A stretch of DNA of 64,000 bases from positions 32,001 to 96,000 of the IMG/VR virus record IMGVR_UViG_3300035034_003571; one strand, 5' to 3'. A model generated the notes under the pieces. That model did no database searches. It saw only the letters and a list, made by a program, of their open reading frames with translations, and was not told where the DNA came from. The stretch comes from a virus. The translations under genes and the position numbers were made by a program. This document shows positions 1 to 6,759 of this stretch, one piece after another (the first letter of the stretch is position 1; the number at the start of each line of letters is the position of its first letter).

Positions 1-195
1 AGTTAATCCGAACCTCCATTCAGAGTGCATGCACTTGGATATAATTTTTTTGATAGACATCGAATTGGTCTGATGACAATTACTAACCAACACTTCATTA
101 GCTATATAATTATGATTTTTATTATCTGGCGATTTTATTCTTAGATTATAAACATCTCCCGAATAGTCAATTTTTTTAATGCTTTTAATTTTCAT
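1..195 (-). CDS. uvsW: UvsW helicase C-terminal half preceded by split-intein C fragment (runs off the window edge; not in ORF track)
   Basis: Manual translation from ATG at 195: MKIKSIKKIDYSGDVYNLRIKSPDNKNHNYIANEVLVSN|CHQTNSMSIKKIISKCMHSEWRFGLT. The part after SN matches the T4 UvsW stretch from motif II to motif III (CH...SI..II.......FGL[S/T]). ATG overlaps the upstream TGA (ATGA). Confidence 0.92.
   Translation of the reverse strand, partial: MKIKSIKKIDYSGDVYNLRIKSPDNKNHNYIANEVLVSNCHQTNSMSIKKIISKCMHSEWRFGLT
79..195 (-). mobile_element. Split intein C fragment (IntC, 39 aa)
   Basis: Basic N-terminus MKIKSIKK, block F VYNL..., HNYIAN, terminal LVSN followed by +1 Cys nucleophile. Confidence 0.92.
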
Positions 196-1004
196 CTATT
201 TATAGATTTTTCGATTAACTGGGAAATTCTAATTTCTTCGGGTTGGTATATTAAATTTTTACGATCGTAATTTTCAATCATCCATTCTTCTGTAATATAA
301 ATATATTCGAATCCATTTTCTTTACACCAGACAATAGCCGCACTTTCTTTATCCTTATTATCCTTAATTTTTATATTTGGTTTAATCTCATATAATATTG
401 AATTTTTAAGATCTGAAAAGTCAACTATATAATTTCTATTTTTTTCTTTAATTGAATCATAGTATTTAATTCTTATATTTTCATAGCATAAACCCGGATT
501 CATTATATAAAAATATGCCTCCCAAGAAGATCTGACCTTTATTATTTTTGAGTTTATAATTACGTTTATTCTGCTATGACACCAAGAATTCGTTACCGCA
601 GGAGTAAAAATCCCCCTTTCTATCTTATTTTTAACTATGAAAGAAAGTTTTTCTTTCATACTATTTTTAGTTTCTTTTGTCATCCGATGGGAAGTATTAT
701 TCTCTCTCTGTTTCTGCGAAAAGTCTTTATCTGCACATTCTCTTGAACAAAATGGGTTTAATTTCCACCTGGATCCGTTTTTATTCTTTTTATCTTTTTT
801 GCACCCATTCCTTTTACATATTCCAGTATCCTCGTCGATATACAAAAGAATTTTATAAATAGTATCTATTTTATCGGGAATTATAAAATTCCCTAATAAT
901 TTTAAATTTAATATTACTCTTTTGTCAAGATCAGGTTCTCTATTAATATTAGTTTGAATTAATTTATGTGGATTTTCTCTTATATATTTTCTTAATCTTC
1001 TCAA
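192..1004 (-). CDS. Free-standing putative homing endonuclease (PD-(D/E)xK, TnsA-N-like) between the intein halves
   Basis: RSSWE, NYIVDF and LYEIKP motifs; Cys cluster CKRNGC...FCSREC; very Lys/Ile-rich; position between IntN and IntC. TTG start is uncertain. Confidence 0.75.
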   Translation of the reverse strand: MRRLRKYIRENPHKLIQTNINREPDLDKRVILNLKLLGNFIIPDKIDTIYKILLYIDEDTGICKRNGCKKDKKNKNGSRWKLNPFCSRECADKDFSQKQRENNTSHRMTKETKNSMKEKLSFIVKNKIERGIFTPAVTNSWCHSRINVIINSKIIKVRSSWEAYFYIMNPGLCYENIRIKYYDSIKEKNRNYIVDFSDLKNSILYEIKPNIKIKDNKDKESAAIVWCKENGFEYIYITEEWMIENYDRKNLIYQPEEIRISQLIEKSINR

Positions 1005-1022
1005 TTGTATGATGGGGTTTAT

Positions 1023-2018
1023 TTATATATCCCAAAGCTCATCAGACAAATTCAAATCCTCCACTTTTTTCCAATCTCCGTTAATTAACTTAACTTTATG
1101 ATTCCCGGTAAGTTTAAGAACTTTTCCACCTTTAGTTTCTATTTCATATATTTGATGTCCTTTATTTAAATTTTTATAAATATATTCAACCTCACGAATT
1201 TCTTTTTCTCCTGTATCCTCATTGATAGTATATACCATCTGCCCTTCATTCACATATTGGATATCTTGAGACTTCCCGTTAGCTAGCAAAACTTTAGAGG
1301 TAGGATGTAAACACTCATCAACAAAAACCGCATCCACATCAGTAAAAAAGGATTCGTCCTTTTTTACTAAGGACTGAAATGTACCCATTATTATATCACA
1401 TCCTTCTCTTAACTTACTTCCTCCTCCAATTTGCTGTATTTTAGATCCCTTTAAATCGGATAATCCATAATCATCAAAATCATCAGATCCCTGAAAAACT
1501 AAATTAGTATTAGGTACTATTACCATAAACTTTTTAATTAGTTTATGAGACTTTAAATAAGCAAATATCATGAAAGAAATTAAGGTCTTTCCCGATGATG
1601 TTGCTATTTCGGATACTGAATATTTATATTTAATTATCTTCCATGCAGCATGTACTTGATAGTCTCTTGGGATTATTTCTTTACCTTCAAAAAATTCATC
1701 TACCCATTCCTGAAAATCCTCTAATGTTAGATCCTTTACAAAAAGATCCTCTAATCCTTCTATCTGAATATCTATATCGTATTGCTCTCCTATATCATAA
1801 ACTTCTTTCCAAAGTCCAATAGAAACCTTCCAAAATCCCCCTTTCTTATCAACGAAGCAAATATTACCATCCCAGATTTTCTTTTTAACTAATGGATGAA
1901 AAAACCAGTTATTTATTTTTTTAGTCAAGGAAAGCTCCAGCTGCCTTTTTTCAAGCTCATCTTCCGCCGAAAGGAGTATTAACCATTTTTTATCTTCTGA
2001 TAGCTTGAACTTTAACAT
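1023..2018 (-). CDS. uvsW: UvsW-like SF2 helicase N-terminal half fused to split-intein N fragment
   Basis: Q motif PRDYQ, Walker A ATSSGKT, motif Ia VIVPNTNLV, GTFQSL; Walker B stops at AVFVDE and continues as CLHPTSKV; near uvsY as in T4. Confidence 0.93.
   Translation of the reverse strand: MLKFKLSEDKKWLILLSAEDELEKRQLELSLTKKINNWFFHPLVKKKIWDGNICFVDKKGGFWKVSIGLWKEVYDIGEQYDIDIQIEGLEDLFVKDLTLEDFQEWVDEFFEGKEIIPRDYQVHAAWKIIKYKYSVSEIATSSGKTLISFMIFAYLKSHKLIKKFMVIVPNTNLVFQGSDDFDDYGLSDLKGSKIQQIGGGSKLREGCDIIMGTFQSLVKKDESFFTDVDAVFVDECLHPTSKVLLANGKSQDIQYVNEGQMVYTINEDTGEKEIREVEYIYKNLNKGHQIYEIETKGGKVLKLTGNHKVKLINGDWKKVEDLNLSDELWDI
1024..1031 (-). promoter_or_regulatory. GATATATA late-promoter-like motif overlapping the IntN stop
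   Basis: Minus strand GGGATATATAAATAAA; also contains TATAAATA, the T4 late consensus; same motif recurs before many genes. Confidence 0.55.
1026..1313 (-). mobile_element. Split intein N fragment (IntN, 96 aa)
   Basis: Block A CLHPTSKV with Cys1 at 1311-1313, block B LKLTGNHKV (TxxH), W-K-K-V-E-D-L...D-E-L, then TAA with no block F/G. Confidence 0.92.
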
Positions 2019-2312
2019 TTATTTTCTTCCTAATAATTCATCATATAGATACTCAGCTTTGTCATATACGTAGTCTACATCATCTAAAACCAAAGAAAAA
2101 TCCTCGGCTTCCATTGTTCCTTGATTCCATGCAGACCAAGATCTAGTACAAAACATGGGATCTTCACCTATTATATTTCTAACTAACACCAAATATTCTT
2201 CTTGCTCCTTGTCGCTGAGATCCTTAAATTTTTTATGAAGATCCATAGATTTTAGATCTTTTAGTAAACCTTCTGTTTCGAGGTTTTCATTAAAGCTTTT
2301 TATATTTTCCAC
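2019..2312 (-). CDS. Hypothetical protein, capsid-targeting-like N-terminus
   Basis: ORF; MENIKSFNENLE; GATATATA motif at 2317-2324. Confidence 0.6.
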   Translation of the reverse strand: MENIKSFNENLETEGLLKDLKSMDLHKKFKDLSDKEQEEYLVLVRNIIGEDPMFCTRSWSAWNQGTMEAEDFSLVLDDVDYVYDKAEYLYDELLGRK

Positions 2313-2324
2313 TATCTATATATC

Positions 2325-2774
2325 CTATTTTATAGTACTAGCTCTTAAATATTCTTCTAGAGCTATTCGGCTCTTTATACCATAGAGCATATGATCAACA
2401 GTTTGTATAGTTTGATCTATAAATTTTCTATGGCTTTCTACTAAATCAACTTTTTCACTTAAATGAGAAATGTCACCTTCTATTAAAACCTTTTTTTCGT
2501 TAGCTTGGTATCTAACGTCGTTATTTTCAGAATAATGTCTAAGTAGTCTAGTATTTTCGCTTCTTATTTTCGTATTTAGCTTAGTAACAATGGAGGCTAG
2601 TTTATAACTATACTCAAGTAAAACTTGCCTTTGGGTAAATAAATCAACCTGTGCTTTTGCGACTGTATTAATAGCTCTAATATTTTCCGCTAACGATCGT
2701 ATTTTTTCTTTCCATTCTTCTCTCTCCTTTACAAAAAGCTCCTGGTAGTCTAATTTAGTTTCATCCTTTTCCAT
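2325..2774 (-). CDS. uvsY: UvsY-like recombination mediator
   Basis: 149-aa helical protein, C-terminal TVDHMLYGIKSRIALEEYL pattern, close to uvsW. Confidence 0.7.
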   Translation of the reverse strand: MEKDETKLDYQELFVKEREEWKEKIRSLAENIRAINTVAKAQVDLFTQRQVLLEYSYKLASIVTKLNTKIRSENTRLLRHYSENNDVRYQANEKKVLIEGDISHLSEKVDLVESHRKFIDQTIQTVDHMLYGIKSRIALEEYLRASTIK

Positions 2775-2776
2775 AT

Positions 2777-3007
2777 TTAAAATAATCCTTTATTCACTTT
2801 TTTATTCTTCTTAATGTCTACTACTTTAGTTACGGTTTTGCATTTATTTTTTGGCATTTTTATTTCCATTTCAAGCATATTATCAAGATCTACTGATTCC
2901 AAACTATTCACAAGCTTTATTGGGTATTTCAGCTTGGGTTCACTATCTTTATCTATAGAAGACTCCCACGATTCGGTTTCGTCTTTATTTAGTGAAATAT
3001 CAGGCAT
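2777..3007 (-). CDS. Hypothetical protein
   Basis: Short ORF filling the gap, overlapping the primase stop. Confidence 0.55.
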   Translation of the reverse strand: MPDISLNKDETESWESSIDKDSEPKLKYPIKLVNSLESVDLDNMLEMEIKMPKNKCKTVTKVVDIKKNKKVNKGLF

Positions 3008-4064
3008 TTATAAAATATCTTAGGTCTAATTTATCTTCAGTAAAATATTCATCCAATCTTTTTATTTTCTTACCAGTTCTTCTTAGGTTATTAACAAGCT
3101 CGTTTAAGTCCCATTTTTTTCTGGTATCCATATTATGATCATCTAGAAATTTAGCCCAATTGAATACACTAAATCCTTTAGATAACCTTTCCACAGATTT
3201 TTCTTTTCCTGCCTTATCCCAATCGTCCCAATATCTTAACCCATCTAATTCAAAAGGAAATTTATTCTCTATTGAACATAAAGCAACTGAATTATACCAA
3301 AGCCAAGAATCCATAGGTCCTTCAAAAATTGTTATGGTTTGATCAAAATTTATCATACCCACATTAAATACATGAGATATAGGATCAACTTTTTTACACT
3401 CTTCTATAAAATCTTGATCCTTACTTTTTAGAAGCTTCTGCCAGATCCCACTAAGTTTATAAGTATAATACTTAGCCCCACCTTTTTTAGAGCTCATATT
3501 TCTTACCTGTAATCCAAGAATTTTATTATTTTTTGTTAAGTTAAATAGATAAAGATTTTCTTTCTTTGGGTCCCAAGCGAATTTATTATCCGGTTTTTGG
3601 TTTCTTCTTTTTATATAGGATAGTATCTTAGAATTTCCAACATCTACCAAATTTAAAGAGTCCATAAAAAACTTCCTATCTATCAGATATTTTTCTATGT
3701 CAGTATCAAAAAATAAAGAAATGTCTATGTCTCCGTAATATGACCTTCTTTTTTCTTTGGTTTCTCTTATTACGTTTCTTAGATTGGTTTTTTCTGATGG
3801 AGTTAATCTACCATAAACCCCAAAATCTTTATAGAAATTTTCACCGTCCCTATATACCCCACATCCTCCGTTATAGCACTTATAAGCGCTAGTGTCTAAA
3901 TAGAAATTTCCTCTCTTTTTATGGGTATTATCACTATCCCCGCAATAAGGACAGGAAAAATTTAATCTATTTCCCGCGGGATAAACTATTTGTTTTCCTG
4001 GGTCTGCCGGGAATTCTTTACGTAAAAGATCTTCAATAAGACCCTTTTGCTTAGATGGCTCCAT
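3000..4064 (-). CDS. DNA primase (T4 gp61-like)
   Basis: Zn ribbon CPYCGDS...YKCYNGGC; TOPRIM IFEGPMDS and DWDKAG; KKWDLNE. Confidence 0.9.
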   Translation of the reverse strand: MEPSKQKGLIEDLLRKEFPADPGKQIVYPAGNRLNFSCPYCGDSDNTHKKRGNFYLDTSAYKCYNGGCGVYRDGENFYKDFGVYGRLTPSEKTNLRNVIRETKEKRRSYYGDIDISLFFDTDIEKYLIDRKFFMDSLNLVDVGNSKILSYIKRRNQKPDNKFAWDPKKENLYLFNLTKNNKILGLQVRNMSSKKGGAKYYTYKLSGIWQKLLKSKDQDFIEECKKVDPISHVFNVGMINFDQTITIFEGPMDSWLWYNSVALCSIENKFPFELDGLRYWDDWDKAGKEKSVERLSKGFSVFNWAKFLDDHNMDTRKKWDLNELVNNLRRTGKKIKRLDEYFTEDKLDLRYFINA

Positions 4065-4081
4065 TAAAAATATTTTGGATT

Positions 4082-4112
4082 AAAAAGGGCTTCCCTTTTG
4101 AGGAAGCCCTTT
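4082..4112 (-). terminator. Intrinsic terminator after gp32
   Basis: Perfect 11-bp stem AAAGGGCTTCC/GGAAGCCCTTT, 7-nt loop, T-run on minus strand. Confidence 0.85.
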
Positions 4113-4128
4113 ATTTAATTTGAACCTA

Positions 4129-5097
4129 TTAAAGATCCTTATATAAATCATCCAAAGATGATGCTGTTTCTGCTGTAGCTGGAGCACTTACAGGCGTTGC
4201 TGCAGGTGCCGAGTTTCCAACATTTGTAGAAGAAGCTTCCTTATAAAAGTTGTCCTCTCTAACGTCCGTTGCAGGTGGACTTTGAGCTGGTGGTGCTGAA
4301 GGTGGCGAAGCTTTTGCTCCTCCTATTACCTCATTTACTACTCTAGCGTCAGGAACTGTGTTTTTAATTATTTCCATAACCTTATTAGTAGTTTCTGTGT
4401 CCCAGTCTTGGTATGCGAAAGATGAAAGGTTTTGTGGCCCTGTTTTTAGATAATCAATAATAGTTGCCATATCCTCCTGATTCTTTTGCATTGGTCTTCC
4501 CTCGATTTCTATCGGAGCTCTATCTCCAACGAATGAACATTGGTCATAGTTATTCCATTCTCCAACTTTTCTAACCGAAAGAGAAAATACCTTACCATTA
4601 AATAAATCAAATGGGTTAACAGGATCTCCATAGCTAGGTTTTAGCTGAGCCTCCAACTTTTCATTAAGTTTTTTACCATATTTAAAGATTACTATTTTAC
4701 CTTCAAGTTCAGGATTGTTAGAATCTTTTATTACCTGGATTAGGGAATAGTAGTCTTCCTTCCTAGAAAAGTTTTTAGCTAAATCTTGGTCTGCAGCTGA
4801 GTTGGAATTTTTAAGTTTCCAAAACATATCCTTTAAAATGGATTTTTTACCTACTGTTGATGGACAATCTACAGGAAGCCCGTTTCCTGTTGTTGGATCT
4901 GTCAAATAGACATAATATTTATGTATTTTTGATAATTCCGGATCTGCCTGGTTAGGTAGAAATCTTACTAAAGAAGAATATACTCCGTCTTTACCGTTTT
5001 CTGGATATGGCTTATAAAAGCCTGAATCTTTACCGCTTTCTGGTTTTTTGTCGACGAACATTTCTCCGTCGAGATTAAAAATGTCTAATTCACTCAT
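4129..5097 (-). CDS. Single-stranded DNA-binding protein (T4 gp32-like)
   Basis: VRFLP, IFKYGKK, NPFDLFNG, WNNYDQCSF; Ala/Pro linker and acidic tail LDDLYKDL. Confidence 0.9.
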   Translation of the reverse strand: MSELDIFNLDGEMFVDKKPESGKDSGFYKPYPENGKDGVYSSLVRFLPNQADPELSKIHKYYVYLTDPTTGNGLPVDCPSTVGKKSILKDMFWKLKNSNSAADQDLAKNFSRKEDYYSLIQVIKDSNNPELEGKIVIFKYGKKLNEKLEAQLKPSYGDPVNPFDLFNGKVFSLSVRKVGEWNNYDQCSFVGDRAPIEIEGRPMQKNQEDMATIIDYLKTGPQNLSSFAYQDWDTETTNKVMEIIKNTVPDARVVNEVIGGAKASPPSAPPAQSPPATDVREDNFYKEASSTNVGNSAPAATPVSAPATAETASSLDDLYKDL

Positions 5098-5151
5098 AAT
5101 TTCCTTTTGTTTTGTTTTTTTGTTTTCCTTTAAATTTTCCTTAAAGTCCTA

Positions 5152-5180
5152 ATTATACCGTCAAATCTGAAATAGGTTTC
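5152..5180 (-). promoter_or_regulatory. GAAAC-N18-TATAAT promoter-like element
   Basis: Same bipartite motif at 55956-55984 and 62134-62161. Confidence 0.5.
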
Positions 5181-5184
5181 GAAT

Positions 5185-5859
5185 CTATTCCGATTTATTT
5201 TCTACTTCGGATAATAAGTAGAGTGCAATCCAAGAAGCATCCACCAAATCATCTATTGGCTTATTTACTGCTTTTTTTGGAGTTATCCATTCATGTTCAT
5301 TTTCTTTTAATAATTTAGTAAAAGAATTTAAGGTTTCCCCCACGAAGCCAGATTCATATAATGCCCTATAAAGCTGGTCTTTTTTTGCATTACCCTTGAC
5401 AGCGAACTTTTTTATAGATGTAGGTGAGTATACAAAGAATTTGTCAGATCCGATTTTTCCTACAATTCGTTCTCTAAGAAGGGCTGTTGCCATTGATATG
5501 TCGATTAAAGCATTACCATTAGAGGCAAAACTTAAACCTTCCATCGCTACCATAAACTCGTTATCACCAACCTCTTCCAGGATAGAATCCCAAAGGTTGT
5601 TGACAATTATTAGAAAGTAATCTATCTTTATACGCTCTCTATCTGAATATTCTTTGGGCATTTTAGCCTTTTCCATGAATAGAAGATTATATAAATCAGG
5701 ACTCTCATCTAATATGTGATAAGGTTTGATCGGATTTTTTTTATGGGATTCAGCAGTTCTATCAGATCTGGTTAAAGAACCCCATTTAATAAAGTCTTTT
5801 TTGTCTATTATTGCGTAAGCAGGAGACGAGATAGAGAAATCTATACCAACGTAAAGCAT
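5185..5859 (-). CDS. RuvC-like Holliday junction resolvase
   Basis: YVGIDFS, AMEGLSF, PTSIKKFA..GNAKKDQL, DDLVDA (RNase H-fold acidic residues). Confidence 0.85.
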   Translation of the reverse strand: MLYVGIDFSISSPAYAIIDKKDFIKWGSLTRSDRTAESHKKNPIKPYHILDESPDLYNLLFMEKAKMPKEYSDRERIKIDYFLIIVNNLWDSILEEVGDNEFMVAMEGLSFASNGNALIDISMATALLRERIVGKIGSDKFFVYSPTSIKKFAVKGNAKKDQLYRALYESGFVGETLNSFTKLLKENEHEWITPKKAVNKPIDDLVDASWIALYLLSEVENKSE

Positions 5860-5877
5860 AAAATTTTAAATTGGGTA

Positions 5878-6159
5878 TTACTTAGATTTTTTATCTTTAG
5901 CTTTTTCTTCTTTAGCAAGTTCTCCGGTGTTTGTAACTACATTTTGTCCTACCTTTCCGGTAAAATTGTAATTTTTAGATAACTTATCAAAGCAAGCTTT
6001 CATTTGCTTTTCCGTTAAACATCCAACCAAGTCGTTCAAAACTCTTTGATCGTTTCCTGCTGCAGCAACTAATTGGTTTTTCATATGTTCATTCTCACTC
6101 ATAAGTGGTTGCCCATATTTCATTTCATTTACTGCTTTTAAGTCTGAAAATTTTCTCAT
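5878..6159 (-). CDS. Hypothetical protein, capsid-targeting-like N-terminus
   Basis: MRKFSDLKAVNE; GATATATA at 6180-6187. Confidence 0.6.
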   Translation of the reverse strand: MRKFSDLKAVNEMKYGQPLMSENEHMKNQLVAAAGNDQRVLNDLVGCLTEKQMKACFDKLSKNYNFTGKVGQNVVTNTGELAKEEKAKDKKSK

Positions 6160-6192
6160 TTTAATGAATTTGTTTGGTGTATATATCTAAAT

Positions 6193-6759
6193 TTATTTAT
6201 GGTCTCGATCAAATTCTAAATCAATGTCTATATAATTTGCTGTAAAGTTTATAGTAAATGATGTATCCTGTGGATCGTACTGAGTAGCGTTCATTTCCAA
6301 TTCAGAAAATCCCGCGAAAAGAACTTCACTAAATTTTAAAGATACCATTATATTTCCTTCATTATCCAAAAGTCTTAATGGAAGGCTTTGGATGAACAGG
6401 TCCTCGTTTTTAAAGTTTAGAAAATATAAAACGGTTTCCATAAAAACCCAATAATTTATAAAACCATCAACGACTCTAAAAGAAATACTAAAGTCTTTAT
6501 TAAATAGATCCTGTACAGGTATAGAATTTTTATACTTTATTATCTTACCAAGCTTCCTTACTTGCTGAACACTATCCATAGTTAAGGAAGGCATCGAAAC
6601 GCTTTGAATTGTAGAATTTAAAAAATCCTGAACGTTATCATAAGGTATAGGCTGCTTTTTTATATAGTCCTCGTACTTTTTTTTAATCCTATCAGGAAAA
6701 AATCCTTTAGGGAATATAAAGTAATATGAGCTAGCTCTGGTATTTAATATATTAGCCAT
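6193..6759 (-). CDS. Tail tube terminator/completion protein (T4 gp3-like)
   Basis: QSVSMP...FRVVD...NY...LRLLDN..NIMVSLKF...SELE..TQYDP follows the gp3 pattern as recalled. Confidence 0.65.
   Translation of the reverse strand: MANILNTRASSYYFIFPKGFFPDRIKKKYEDYIKKQPIPYDNVQDFLNSTIQSVSMPSLTMDSVQQVRKLGKIIKYKNSIPVQDLFNKDFSISFRVVDGFINYWVFMETVLYFLNFKNEDLFIQSLPLRLLDNEGNIMVSLKFSEVLFAGFSELEMNATQYDPQDTSFTINFTANYIDIDLEFDRDHK

Noticed and set aside
192-1025. Group I intron or pseudogene as the explanation for the broken uvsW
   Set aside because: Both flanks carry complete, complementary intein blocks, and the C-half has its own ATG coupled to the upstream stop. No intron core was recognised. Protein splicing alone restores DECH.
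1005-1025. Read-through of TAA giving a contiguous intein with internal endonuclease
   Set aside because: Even with read-through, IntC is in another frame behind a TGA, and TAA is the main stop codon here.
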